NCBI GenBank assembly: GCA_001443375.1
Contig: LDXM01000006.1
Span: 18,133-82,132, forward strand
DNA from: Chloroflexi bacterium CSP1-4
Lineage (GTDB): Bacteria; Chloroflexota; Limnocylindria; Limnocylindrales; CSP1-4
Direction: 5' to 3'
Length of the DNA: 64,000 nucleotides
Below are positions 38,822 to 50,005 of the stretch, piece by piece. Numbering within the stretch: the stretch's first letter is position 1; every line of letters begins with the position of its first letter. A program made the translations under genes and the position numbers. A model generated the notes under the pieces. The model saw only the letters and a list, made by a program, of their open reading frames with translations. It was not told where the DNA came from and searched no databases.

Positions 38822-41478
38822 CGTTCGCAGCCCGCCGCGACGGGCGCCCGCCGCGCCGTCAAGCGGTCCAGCCGCGGGACGGCGGCCCGAGCTGCGGCCG
38901 AGTCGCGCATCGGGAGGCGCGTGCGCCGCACGCCGTCGAACGCGTGCAGGGCACCGGCCACCGCGGCCGCCGTCGGGACGAGGACCGCCTCCCCTGCCCC
39001 CTTCGCCCCGTACGGGCCTTCCGGTTGGGCCTCCTCGACGAGGATGCACTCGACCGCTGGCATCGCGGCGGCGGGGATGATCCCCAGCGACTTCAACGAC
39101 TCGCTGACCGGCACGCCATCCTCGACGAGGTACGCCTCGCTGAGCGCGTAGCCGAGGCCCATGTGTACGCCGCCCTCGACCTGGCCCTCGAGCACGAGCG
39201 GGTTGATCGCCCGTCCGACGTCCTGGGCCGCGACGACCCGCTCGATGCGGCCCTCGTCGTCGAGCACCACGACCTGCGTCGCCCAGCCGTACGCGAGGTG
39301 CGTCACTGGCTCTTCGGTCGCCGACTCCGGGGCGGTCGTCCAGTCGACGACGAACTCACCCGGGAACTCGCGTCCGACGAGGTCCTCCAGCGACCCGTGG
39401 CCGAGCGCCTCGCGCAGCCGCCGGGTCGCGTCGAGCACCGCCCGGCCGCCCAGGACCGTGGCGCGCGACGCGGTCGTCTGGCCGGTGTCGAGCTCATGGT
39501 CCGTATCGACGACGACGCGGACGCGATCGGCGGGCAGGCCCAGTTCCCCGCACACGATCTGGCGCAGCGCGGTGTGGATCCCCTGCCCCATCTCCGTCCA
39601 GGAGTGGAAGAGCGTGACGGTGCCGTCCGGTTCGGGCCGGAGCACGGCGCGCCCACGCTCGGTCACGCCGTTGCCGATGCCGGTGTTCTTGGCTCCGCAG
39701 GCGATCCCCGCGTAGCGGGCGGAGCGGAACGCGTCGCGGACCGCGAGGAGCGTCCGCTTGAGGCCGACCCCGGGGCCCAGCCGCTGTCCGGTCCCGAACC
39801 GGTCACCGGCCTCGAGGGCGTTCCGCCAGCGCATCTCCCAGCGGTCGAGACCGACCCGCTCGGCGAGGACGTCGACTAGCCCCTCGACGGCGAAGGTGAC
39901 CTGCGGCACGCCGAATCCGCGCATCGCCCCACCGGGCGCGTTGTTCGTGTAGACCGCCCGCGCCTCGACATCCACGTTCGGGACGCGGTAGGCGCCGCAG
40001 GCGTGGCCGGCGGCCCGTTCGAGCACCTTCGCCCCGACGCTGGCGTACGCGCCGGTGTCACCGACGATGCGGGCCCGGACCGCGGTCAGTCGTCCGTCCT
40101 CGTCGCAGCCCACCGAGTAGGTCATCGTCAGCGGGTGGCGCTTGGGGTGGAAGCGCAGGCTCTCGCGCCGGGAGAGCGCCATGAGGACCGGCCGACCGGT
40201 CGACCACGCCAGGAGCGCCGCATGGCCCTGGACCCCCAGGTCCTCCTTGCCCCCGAACGCCCCGCCGGTCGCGACCTGCGTCACCCGGACCGAGCGCTCC
40301 GGCAGGCCCAGGATCGAGGAGATCTGGCGGCGATCCTCCCAGGCGCCCTGGCCCTGCGAGAAGACGCGCAAGGCGGGCTCCCCCGCCCCGCCGGCGTCGT
40401 CGAGACCGCCGCTCCGCGGCACGGCAAGGGCGGCCTCTGGCTCGAGGAACGCGTGCTCGACGCGCTGCGTCTCGAACGTCTCGGTCGCCACGTGCGCGGC
40501 CGCGGCAAGAGCGGCGTCCACGTCACCGTGACGGATCGCGCTGACCGAGAGCAGGTTGCCCGAGTCGTGGATGCGCGGGGCGCCGTCCACGAGTGCCACG
40601 ATCGGATCGGTCAGCGGCTCCAGGACGTCGTACTCGACGTCGACGAGCGCGGCGGCCTGACGGGCGGCGTGGCGGCTGGTCGCCGCCACGGCCGCCAACG
40701 CGTCCCCGACATAGCGGGTGGTCTCACCCTCGGCGACGAGCAGCGGCCAGTCGCGTGTCAGCAGGCCCTGGACCCGCTCGCCCGGGACGTCACGCCACGT
40801 GACGACCCGCACCACGCCGGGGTGGACGGCGGCCCGCGACACGTCGATCCGGCGGACGAGTGCGCGCGGATGATCGGCGAAGCGCAGCGCCCCGTGGAGC
40901 ATCCCGGGGACGGCCATGTCCGCCACGAACGCGTGCTCACCGAGGGCCAGCGCGGCCCCGTCGTAGCGCACGCTCCGATCCCCCACCCCGTCGCCCGGGC
41001 CCGCCCGGGTGTCGAGCGCGGGCGCCTGCCGGCCGTCGGCGACCGACGCGATGGCGTCGATCACCTTGACGTACCCGGTGCAGCGGCAGAGGTTGCCGGT
41101 GAGCGCCCGGGCGATCTCGTCGCGCGTCGGGGCCGGCCGCCGACCCAGGAGGGCCTCCGCCTTCATGACGATCCCCGGCGAGCAGAACCCGCACTGCGCG
41201 GCGCCGCTCGCCTGGAATGCCGCCGCCCACTGCGCGCGCGCGTCCGGCGCAAGCCCCTCGAGGGTGACCACCGAGCGGCCGGCGACGCGGCCGGCCGGCT
41301 GGGCGCAGGAGACGATGGCCCGACCGTCGACCACGACGGTACAGGCCCCGCACGAACCCTCCGGGGCACAGCCGTCCTTCATGGAGCGCAGGCCGCACTC
41401 CTCGCGGAGCACCTCGAGGAGGCTCGCATCCGGCCGGGGCCGGATGTCGACCGTGCGCCCGTTGAGCGTGAACTCCAT
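38818..41478 (-). CDS. Xanthine dehydrogenase-family molybdoenzyme (fused 2Fe-2S + Mo-binding; resembles Se-dependent XDH architecture)
   Basis: [73 protein letters not shown]. Confidence 0.9.
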   Translation of the reverse strand: MEFTLNGRTVDIRPRPDASLLEVLREECGLRSMKDGCAPEGSCGACTVVVDGRAIVSCAQPAGRVAGRSVVTLEGLAPDARAQWAAAFQASGAAQCGFCSPGIVMKAEALLGRRPAPTRDEIARALTGNLCRCTGYVKVIDAIASVADGRQAPALDTRAGPGDGVGDRSVRYDGAALALGEHAFVADMAVPGMLHGALRFADHPRALVRRIDVSRAAVHPGVVRVVTWRDVPGERVQGLLTRDWPLLVAEGETTRYVGDALAAVAATSRHAARQAAALVDVEYDVLEPLTDPIVALVDGAPRIHDSGNLLSVSAIRHGDVDAALAAAAHVATETFETQRVEHAFLEPEAALAVPRSGGLDDAGGAGEPALRVFSQGQGAWEDRRQISSILGLPERSVRVTQVATGGAFGGKEDLGVQGHAALLAWSTGRPVLMALSRRESLRFHPKRHPLTMTYSVGCDEDGRLTAVRARIVGDTGAYASVGAKVLERAAGHACGAYRVPNVDVEARAVYTNNAPGGAMRGFGVPQVTFAVEGLVDVLAERVGLDRWEMRWRNALEAGDRFGTGQRLGPGVGLKRTLLAVRDAFRSARYAGIACGAKNTGIGNGVTERGRAVLRPEPDGTVTLFHSWTEMGQGIHTALRQIVCGELGLPADRVRVVVDTDHELDTGQTTASRATVLGGRAVLDATRRLREALGHGSLEDLVGREFPGEFVVDWTTAPESATEEPVTHLAYGWATQVVVLDDEGRIERVVAAQDVGRAINPLVLEGQVEGGVHMGLGYALSEAYLVEDGVPVSESLKSLGIIPAAAMPAVECILVEEAQPEGPYGAKGAGEAVLVPTAAAVAGALHAFDGVRRTRLPMRDSAAARAAVPRLDRLTARRAPVAAGCER

Positions 41479-41575
41479 CGAGATATCCTTCGCGCCATGG
41501 GCGGGCCATGTGGCCCTTTCGGGGGCGCTCGTCCCGTCCGAATCTAAACACAGCCGACGGTCGTGACCCATGCTG

Positions 41576-41605
41576 TTGGTCCCGGCCTCGGTCCCTTTGG
41601 TCCCG
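41576..41605. promoter_or_regulatory. Direct repeats in the divergent control region of the catabolic cluster
   Basis: TTGGTCCCG at 41576 and 41597 (21 bp apart), with a third GGTCCC at 41590. Confidence 0.4.
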
Positions 41606-41651
41606 ATCGCCACCGGATGATACCGGCGCCGACCCGGGGCGGGAGCCGACG

Positions 41652-43150
<1,499 letters not shown>

Positions 43151-43154
<4 letters not shown>

Positions 43155-44599
43155 GCCGCGTCGGCGGGGCCGCGGCGACCCCCGCGGCGTCAGCGGGGAC
43201 CGCGCTTCCGTTCGGCCCGCGTCCGATCGAGCTGGTCTGCGCCGGCTGCGGCCATCGCGTCGCCCCCGGGGAGCCGGCTCCGCTGCGCTGCCCGCGCGCC
43301 GTGGTCGGCGATGACATCGACCACGTCATCGGCCGCGTCCTGGACCCGGCCCGCCTGCCCTTCCCGAGCGGCGATGAGCCGAACCCCTTCGTCCGTTACC
43401 GCACGCTCTTCCACGCCTTTCACGTCGCAACAGCGAGCGGCTGGACGGATCGCGACTACGTCGGCATGGTCGAGCGGCTCGACCGGGCCGTCGCGGCGGT
43501 GGACGGGGCAGGGTTCCGGGTGACGCCGTTCGCCCGCGGTGCCGCCCTGGGCCAACGCCTGGGCTTCAGCGCCGGCGGCGGGGTGTACGTCAAGGACGAG
43601 ACGGGCAACGTCTCGGGCTCCCACAAGGCGCGCCACCTGATGGGCACGATCCTCGAGCTGGAGGTGGCCGAGGCGCTCGCGGGCAGTGGCGCCGACCGAC
43701 GCCCGCTGGCGATCGCCAGCTGTGGCAACGCCGCGCTGGCCGCGGCGGTCATCGCGCGGGCCGCCGGCCGCGACCTCGAGGTGTTCATCCCGCCCGACGC
43801 CCATCCCACGGTCGTCGCCCGCCTGCGAACGCTGGGCGCGCACCTGACGGTGTGCCAGCGCGAGCCCGGGGTCCCCGGTGACCCGACCTACCGGCGGCTC
43901 CGCGAGGCGATCGAACGCGGCGCCGTCCCGTTCACGTGCCAGGGCAACGAGAACGGCTTCGCCATCGAGGGGGGCCTGACCCTGGGCTACGAGCTGGCCG
44001 CCTACCTCGCCGCCGCGGGCACGACCCTCGACCGGCTGTTCATCCAGGTCGGCGGGGGCGCGCTGGCCTCGGCGTGCATCCAGGGCCTCGCGGAGGCGCG
44101 ACTGCTGGGCTCGGGCAAGGCGGACCCGCGGATCCATCCCGTCCAGGCCGGGGCCGTCGCACCGCTCGCCCGAGCCTATGAGCGCCTGACGCGGCGGCTG
44201 GACGAGAAGCCGCCCAGCGAGGCTGACTTCGCCTGGGCCGCCCGTCACCGCTCGGCGTTCATGTGGCCCTGGGAGCACGAGCCCCACAGCGTCGCCGGCG
44301 GGATCCTCGACGACGAAACGTACGACTGGCTGGCCATCGTGCGCGGAACGCTGGCCAGCGGCGGCCGCCCCGTGGTCGTCGACGAGGCCACGCTGCTGGA
44401 GGCGAACGAACTCGGTCGCGCGGCGACCGGCATCGACTGCGATCCGACCGGCACCGCCGGCCTGGCCGGACTGCTGGAGCTGCGGCGCCACGGCGTCGTC
44501 GGCTCCGGCGAGACGGTCGCCGTCCTGTTCACCGGCGTCCGACGAGACGGCGCGCCGGCCACCGACCCGTCCCATGCACATGAGGGAGAACGACGATGA
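43151..44599 (+). CDS. Threonine synthase-like PLP enzyme with N-terminal Cys motif
   Basis: CAGCG...[37 protein letters not shown] overlap. Confidence 0.8.
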
Positions 44600-45549
44600 G
44601 GAGCTTTCTCGGCCGCGACATCCTGTCTCTGAAGGACTTCAGCCGCGACGACTTCCTCCGCGTCTTCGAGGTCGCCGACGACCTTCGCCCGCACGCCACC
44701 GACCGGCGCAACGGCGACCTGCTCAAGGACAAGACGCTGCTCACGGCCTTCTACCAACCGAGCACCCGGACACGCCTCTCGACGGAGGCCGCGATGCACC
44801 GGCTGGGTGGTCACGTCCTGGGCTTCGCGGACGCCAAGATGACCCGCGCCGGCGACTTCTACCAGGAGTCGATCAAGGACACCTTCCACATGCTGGAGTA
44901 CTACGGCGACGTCATCGCCATGCGGCACTTCGAGCAGGGCGCCCCAGCTGAAGCGGCGCGCTGGGCGTCCGTCCCGGTCATCAACTGCGGCGACGGGTGG
45001 GGCGAGCACCCCACCCAGGTCCTGACCGACCTGTACACGGTCCAGCGCGAGTTGGGGACCCTCGACGGGCTCACCTACCTGCTCGTGGGCGACATGCGCA
45101 TGCGAACGATGCACTCGCTCCTCTACGCCCTGTCGCAGTTCGACGCGGAGGCGATCGTGGTCAGCCCGCCGGACATGGCCCTCCTGCCCGAGTTCAAGGC
45201 CGAGCTCGATGAGCTGAACGTCGCCTACCGCGAGGCGCCCTCGGTCGCCGACGCGATCGCCGACGCGGACATCATCTACATGGAGCCGGTCGTCCAGGCC
45301 GACTACACGCAGTCGCGCGTCGAGCGCGGCGGCGAGACCGGCCGAACGCCGGAGGCATACCGGGTCACCCGGCAGCTGCTCCGCGACAAGGCCAAGCGCA
45401 GCTCGATCATCCTCCACTCGCTGCCCCGGATGGACGAGCTGCCGGCCGATGTCGACGGGACCCGACACCAGCGCTACTGGGCCGAGGCCTTCAACGGCGT
45501 TCCCCTCCGGATGGCGCTCCTCGCGCTCGTCCTCGGCGCGGTGGAGTGA
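44596..45549 (+). CDS. Aspartate carbamoyltransferase-like protein with altered acceptor site
   Basis: PSTRTRLS, ESIKDT, MRH, INCGDG..EHPTQ, HSLPR; lacks the ATCase RxQxER motif. Confidence 0.8.
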   Translation: MRSFLGRDILSLKDFSRDDFLRVFEVADDLRPHATDRRNGDLLKDKTLLTAFYQPSTRTRLSTEAAMHRLGGHVLGFADAKMTRAGDFYQESIKDTFHMLEYYGDVIAMRHFEQGAPAEAARWASVPVINCGDGWGEHPTQVLTDLYTVQRELGTLDGLTYLLVGDMRMRTMHSLLYALSQFDAEAIVVSPPDMALLPEFKAELDELNVAYREAPSVADAIADADIIYMEPVVQADYTQSRVERGGETGRTPEAYRVTRQLLRDKAKRSSIILHSLPRMDELPADVDGTRHQRYWAEAFNGVPLRMALLALVLGAVE

Positions 45550-45553
45550 GGAC

Positions 45554-46537
45554 ATGACGATGCAGACGAACCTTCGCGGTCGCGACCTGATCAGCCTCCG
45601 GGAGTGGACCCGCGAGGAGATCGAGACCGTGCTCGACGTGGCCATGGACCTGAAGCGCCAGCGCGCCCTCGGGTTGCCGCATCCGTACCTCCGCGACAAG
45701 GTCCTGGCGATGCTCTTCTTCTACTCGAGCACGCGCACCCGGGCCTCGTTCGAGGCGGGCATGGCCCAGCTCGGTGGGCACGCCCAGTTCATCGAGTCCC
45801 GCACGACCCAGATCGCCCACGGCGACACGGCCCGCGAGATCGGCGAGATCCTGGGTCGCTACAACGACGGGATCGCCATCCGCCACGTCGAGTGGGGCGT
45901 GGGCAACCAGTACATCCGCGAGGTGGCCCAGGCGAGCCGCGTGCCGGTCCTCAACATGCAATGCGACCTCTATCACCCGCACCAGGTCCTGGCCGACCTG
46001 CTGACCATCCGCGAGAAGCTGGGCGACCCGCGCGGCCGGACGCTCACCGTCTCGTGGGCCTACGCCGCGAGCTACCAGAAGCCCATCAGCGTGCCCCAGG
46101 ACCTCGTCCTGCTGGCCACGCGCTTCGGGATGCACGTCCGGCTGGTCCATCCGCCCGAGTTCCAGCTCATGGACGACGTCCTGGCCGAGGCGGCCGAGAA
46201 CGCCCGGCGCTCCGGCGGTGCGTTCGAGCTGATGGACGACTTCGACGCCGGGATGCGCGACTCGGACGTCGTCTACGCCAAGAGCTGGGGTCCCCTGCTC
46301 GTGGCCAAGGACGACGCGGAGGGAGCGGCGATCTCGGCGCGCTACACCGACTGGATCACCGACGAGCGCCGCATGGCGCTGGCCGGCCCGGACGCGATCT
46401 ACATGCACCCGCTGCCGGCCGACCGGAACATCGAGGTCGCCGATGCGGTCATCGACGGTCCTCATTCGGTCGTCTACGACGAGGCGGAGAACCGCCTCCA
46501 CGTCCAGAAGGCGGTCATGGCCCTCACGATGGCCTGA
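45554..46537 (+). CDS. YgeW-like carbamoyltransferase
   Basis: SSTRTRASF, HPHQ, SWAYAASYQKPISVPQ, YAKSW, MHPLPADR, EAENRLH. Confidence 0.8.
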   Translation: MTMQTNLRGRDLISLREWTREEIETVLDVAMDLKRQRALGLPHPYLRDKVLAMLFFYSSTRTRASFEAGMAQLGGHAQFIESRTTQIAHGDTAREIGEILGRYNDGIAIRHVEWGVGNQYIREVAQASRVPVLNMQCDLYHPHQVLADLLTIREKLGDPRGRTLTVSWAYAASYQKPISVPQDLVLLATRFGMHVRLVHPPEFQLMDDVLAEAAENARRSGGAFELMDDFDAGMRDSDVVYAKSWGPLLVAKDDAEGAAISARYTDWITDERRMALAGPDAIYMHPLPADRNIEVADAVIDGPHSVVYDEAENRLHVQKAVMALTMA

Positions 46538-46572
46538 CGGCACGGGCGCCGCGCCCGCAAGGAGAGCGAACG

Positions 46573-47520
46573 ATGGGCGACAGGACCCTCGTGGTCGCGA
46601 TCGGCGGCAACTCGCTGATCAAGGACCCACGCCACCAGACGGTGCCGGACCAGATCGCCGCCCTGGCCGAGACGAGCGTGCACATCGCCAACGCCATCCG
46701 CGATGGCTGGCAGGTGGCCATCGGCCATGGCAACGGCCCCCAGGTCGGGTTCATCCTGCGCCGTTCCGAACTCGCCGCCCACGAACTCCACGAGGTCCCG
46801 CTCGACGTGTGCGACGCGGACACCCAGGGCGCCATCGGCTACGAGCTCCAGCAGAGCCTGGGCAACGACTTCCGGCGCATGGGCCTCGACCGCCAGGCGG
46901 TCACCGTGGTCACGCAGGTCGAGGTGGCGCGCGACGATCCGGCCTTCGGGCGCCCGACCAAGCCGATCGGCACGTTCATGGACGAGGCGCGCGCCATGCA
47001 GCGGCGCGACGGGGACGGCTGGGACGTCGTCGAGGACGCCGGCCGGGGCTGGCGGCGCGTCGTCGCCTCGCCACGCCCGCTGCGCATCGTCGAGGAACGT
47101 GCGGTCAAGGCCCTCCTGGCGGACGGGTTCGTGGTCATCACCGTGGGTGGCGGCGGGATCCCCGTCGTGGCCGACGAGACCGGCAGCCTGCACGGTGTCG
47201 CCGCGGTCATCGACAAGGACTACGCGTCCTCGCTGCTGGGCACGGTCGTGGGGGCAGAGGTCTTCGCCATCACCACCGCGGTCGAGCGGGTGGCGCTCGA
47301 CTGGGGCAAGCCGAGCCAGACCTGGGTGGATCGCCTGACCGTCGCCGAGGCGCGCGCCTACCTCGCCGAGGGCGGCCACTTCATGCCCGGCAGCATGGCA
47401 CCGAAGATCGAGGCCTGCCTCGAGTTCCTGGAGCGCGGCGGCTCGGAGGCGATCATCACCGCGCCGGCGAACCTGGAACTTGCCCTGGCCGGCCGGGCGG
47501 GGACGCGCATCGTCCCCTGA
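46573..47520 (+). CDS. arcC: Carbamate kinase
   Basis: VAIGGNSL, HGNGPQVG, TQG.IGY, PTKPIG, RRVVASPRP, GGGGIPV, AVIDKD, GSMAPKI. Confidence 0.95.
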   Translation: MGDRTLVVAIGGNSLIKDPRHQTVPDQIAALAETSVHIANAIRDGWQVAIGHGNGPQVGFILRRSELAAHELHEVPLDVCDADTQGAIGYELQQSLGNDFRRMGLDRQAVTVVTQVEVARDDPAFGRPTKPIGTFMDEARAMQRRDGDGWDVVEDAGRGWRRVVASPRPLRIVEERAVKALLADGFVVITVGGGGIPVVADETGSLHGVAAVIDKDYASSLLGTVVGAEVFAITTAVERVALDWGKPSQTWVDRLTVAEARAYLAEGGHFMPGSMAPKIEACLEFLERGGSEAIITAPANLELALAGRAGTRIVP

Positions 47521-47682
47521 GCCGGCCCCACGCGGTCGGTCCGGCGGTCGAACCGCTCGGTGGGAGTTCCCCCGCTACAGTGGGGGTTTCGGGAGCGCCC
47601 GAGGTGCGGCATGATAGCCCGCGTGGCACGCGCGGCGCCGCGGAGCGCCGACCGCTACGCAGGGACATCAGAGGAGGGTTCG

Positions 47683-47976
47683 ATGGCCACCTACGTTTCG
47701 CTGCTCAACTGGACCGATCAGGGGATCAAGGGGTACCGGGAAACGACGGCCAGGGCCGAGGCTGGGAAGGCGTTGGCTGCCAAGTTCGGAGGCCGCATCG
47801 TATCGATCTGGTGGACCATCGGGCCGTGCGACCTCGTTGCCGTGTCAGAGTTCCCGGACGACGAGTCGGCGACCGCGTTCGCGCTCGCTCTCGGCGCCGC
47901 CGGCAACATCCGGACGACCACGATGCGCGCCTTCGGGGCGGACGAGATGTCGGCGATCATCGCCCGGACTGGCTAG
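47683..47976 (+). CDS. GYD domain protein
   Basis: MATY..L.NWTDQG...W.T.G.(C)DLV...GNIRTTTMRAF; GGAGG RBS. Confidence 0.82.
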   Translation: MATYVSLLNWTDQGIKGYRETTARAEAGKALAAKFGGRIVSIWWTIGPCDLVAVSEFPDDESATAFALALGAAGNIRTTTMRAFGADEMSAIIARTG

Positions 47977-47988
47977 CGCCCGGCGCCC

Positions 47989-48474
47989 GTGGAGGATCAA
48001 GAGTCGGCCGGCGCCCTGTCAACGCTCACCGCTCTCGTGGGCACCTGGCGCGGCAAGGGCACGGCCAGGCTTCCGTCGATGGGGGCGGTGGACTTCGACG
48101 AAGTGGTCCGCTTCTCGCGACGGAGCCCGAACTCGCTCGACTCCTGGCAGCGGGCCGTAGCCGCGGGCGACGGAACGATGCTCCACAGCGAGTCGGGGAT
48201 CTGGCGCGTGACCTCCACCGGTTCGCTGGAGGTCACGGTCGCCCTGCCCGGTGCGACCGAGGTGTCCGAAGGGAGCGTTGACGGGGCGACGATCCGGCTC
48301 GAGTCGACGGCGATCGGCCTGGCCGCCACCGGTGCCAAGCTCCGGCAGGCGACTCGGCGCTACGAGCTCCGCGGCGACTCGCTCGGCTACGACATCTCGA
48401 TCGCGACAGCGGAGCTCGCGCTTACCGCCCATATCAGCGCTGAGCTGCATCGGTCGGAGAGCCCCAGCCGCTGA
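47989..48474 (+). CDS. Nitrobindin/FABP-like (THAP4-type) beta-barrel protein
   Basis: LVGTWRGKG, LHSESGIWR, E.SEG, L..H.SA.L.R. Confidence 0.75.
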   Translation: MEDQESAGALSTLTALVGTWRGKGTARLPSMGAVDFDEVVRFSRRSPNSLDSWQRAVAAGDGTMLHSESGIWRVTSTGSLEVTVALPGATEVSEGSVDGATIRLESTAIGLAATGAKLRQATRRYELRGDSLGYDISIATAELALTAHISAELHRSESPSR

Positions 48475-48478
48475 TCGA

Positions 48479-48491
48479 TGGCGCCCCCGGA
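48479..48491 (+). repeat. att-like copy of the tRNA-Arg 3' end
   Basis: tggcgcccccgga identical to 51107-51119. Confidence 0.65.
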
Positions 48492-48537
48492 AGCCATCAG
48501 GCGGTCGGGGTCAGCCCGAACACGATCCTGCGGAGGC

Positions 48538-48586
48538 CCAGCACGCGGACGACGCATTCGCGTGGGACGCGACGGCGGCTTCCTCC
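48538..48586 (+). repeat. Module-end motif, copy 1
   Basis: ccagcacgcggacgacgca (19 bp) identical to 49944-49962, with imperfect extension. Confidence 0.8.
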
Positions 48587-48636
48587 GCGAGGGCCGAGAT
48601 CCTGACCGCGGCGCAGCCGGCCGTCACATCTATTCG

Positions 48637-48664
48637 TTGACAATGCATCAGAGTCTGATATAGT
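48637..48664 (+). promoter_or_regulatory. sigma70 promoter with palindromic operator for padR (probably leaderless)
   Basis: TTGACA-N16-TATAGT; ATCAGAgTCTGAT palindrome at 48647-48659; ATG 7 nt after the -10. Confidence 0.75.
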
Positions 48665-48671
48665 CCGCGCC

Positions 48672-49028
48672 ATGGAAGCCGTCGAACAGCCGCAACGAGT
48701 CCCACCGTTGTCGCGGACGGCGATGCACGTCCTCATCGCGATCGGCCCGGAGGAGCGGCACGGGTACGCGATCATGCGCGAGATCGTGCGGATGACCGAG
48801 GGGGCGACGCGGCTCGGACCCGGCGGCGTCTACACCACGATCAGGCGACTCCTGGACGACGGGCTGATCGAGGAGTGCGACGAGCGTCCGGACCCCGAGC
48901 TGGACGATCAGCGCCGACGCTACTACCGGCTCACTGGGACCGGGCGGGCCGTGGCGGGGGCGGAGGTCCGTCGCCTCGAGAGCCTCGTCCGCGCGGCACG
49001 CCCGTGGGCGCTCGAGGCCGTCGAGTGA
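48672..49028 (+). CDS. PadR family transcriptional regulator
   Basis: RHGYAIM, LGPG.VY..I.RLL..GLIEE, RRRYYRLT..G. Confidence 0.9.
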   Translation: MEAVEQPQRVPPLSRTAMHVLIAIGPEERHGYAIMREIVRMTEGATRLGPGGVYTTIRRLLDDGLIEECDERPDPELDDQRRRYYRLTGTGRAVAGAEVRRLESLVRAARPWALEAVE

Positions 49029-49873
49029 TCCCGCGGGACGGGGGCCACGAGCGCGTGTACCGCTGGCTCCTGCGCCTGTACCCGGCCAAGTTCCGGGCCC
49101 GGTTCTCGAACGAGATGGTGCAGCTCTTCAGCGACCAGCTCCGCGATGCGCGAACCGGCGGTGCGCCGGCCGGGGCCGCGAGAACGTGGCTGAGGACCCT
49201 CGGCGACCTGGCCGTCACTGCCGCGGCCGAGCACGTACGGAGGGATCGAACCGTGGCTCATTCGCTTGCCGCACCGTCGATCACGAGCCGGGCCCTCGGG
49301 ACCCTCGGGATCCTGGGCGGCGCCGTCCTGGTGGCGGCCTTCCTGCCCTTCATCCCCTGGGGCCCGGACTTCTTCAACCTCCGGCTGGCGTTGTTCAACG
49401 CAGGCGCGATGGCGATCGTCATCGCCCTGCATCGCCGACAGGCGTCGGTTGCTCCGGCGCTCGCGCTGCTGGCCGCGGTCCCGGCCTTGCTTGCCAACGC
49501 GTGGCACCTCGTCATGATCGTCATCGTGGTCAGCCGGCCCGGGCCACCGGGCGTCGGGGACTACGGGCCCGTCTACATGGCCGCGAGCTCGGCCATGTGG
49601 CTGTCCGACGCCTGGTTCGGGCTGGTGACCCTGCGCCTGGGTGTCGTGAGCCGCTTGGGCCCGCTCGCGCTGACGATCGGCTCCGTGCTCCCGTTCTTCG
49701 GACAGGACCAGGTGCTCGCGTTCCTCGGACCGGACCTGTCGGCGATCATCGGCCCCCTGGCGCTCGCCGGCGTGGCCCTGAACGGGCTCGGCTGGATCGT
49801 CCTGGGGATCGTCGTGGCCACCCGACGCCGCGCGTCGAAGACGCCGTCGCAGGAGGTCCGGCCCGAAGGCTAG
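49025..49873 (+). CDS. PadR-associated integral membrane protein
   Basis: YRWLLRLYP..FR..F..EM...F.D N-terminus typical of PadR partner genes; ~6 TM helices; GTGA overlap. Confidence 0.7.
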   Translation: MIPRDGGHERVYRWLLRLYPAKFRARFSNEMVQLFSDQLRDARTGGAPAGAARTWLRTLGDLAVTAAAEHVRRDRTVAHSLAAPSITSRALGTLGILGGAVLVAAFLPFIPWGPDFFNLRLALFNAGAMAIVIALHRRQASVAPALALLAAVPALLANAWHLVMIVIVVSRPGPPGVGDYGPVYMAASSAMWLSDAWFGLVTLRLGVVSRLGPLALTIGSVLPFFGQDQVLAFLGPDLSAIIGPLALAGVALNGLGWIVLGIVVATRRRASKTPSQEVRPEG

Positions 49874-49900
49874 CGTAGGGCGCCGGATGCGAAACCCGAC

Positions 49901-49927
49901 CGTGCTGTTCTGGCGCCCTCCGGACGG
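49901..49927 (+). repeat. att-like degenerate copy of the tRNA-Arg 3' end and flank
   Basis: cgtgctgtt-ctggcgccctccggacgg versus cgtgctgtttctggcgccc-ccggacgg at 51096-51122. Confidence 0.8.
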
Positions 49928-49943
49928 CCTTGGGGGAACGGCA

Positions 49944-49986
49944 CCAGCACGCGGACGACGCACTCGTGTAGTACGCGGCAGCATCC
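49944..49986 (+). repeat. Module-end motif, copy 2
   Basis: ccagcacgcggacgacgca identical to 48538-48556. Confidence 0.8.
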
Positions 49987-50005
49987 AAGCGAAGGACCGA
50001 GCCGA

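Noticed and set aside
38818..41478. Selenocysteine or frameshift recoding in the Xdh-like gene
   Set aside because: The ORF is continuous with no in-frame TGA.
41479..41545. Xanthine/purine riboswitch in the xdh leader
   Set aside because: Only short hairpins (CCC-GAAA-GGG); no match to riboswitch consensus sequences I can recognise.
44596..47520. Calling the right arm pyrB/argF or an arginine deiminase operon
   Set aside because: Acceptor-binding motifs do not match, and there is no arcA, arcD or pyrC nearby.
47564..47590. GAGTTCCCCCGCTACAGTGGGGGTTTC resembles a type I-E CRISPR repeat
   Set aside because: Single copy with no spacers and no cas genes; more likely a hairpin or operator.
47623..47640. 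TGGCAC as a possible sigma54 -24 element before the GYD gene
   Set aside because: No TTGC -12 element at the required spacing.
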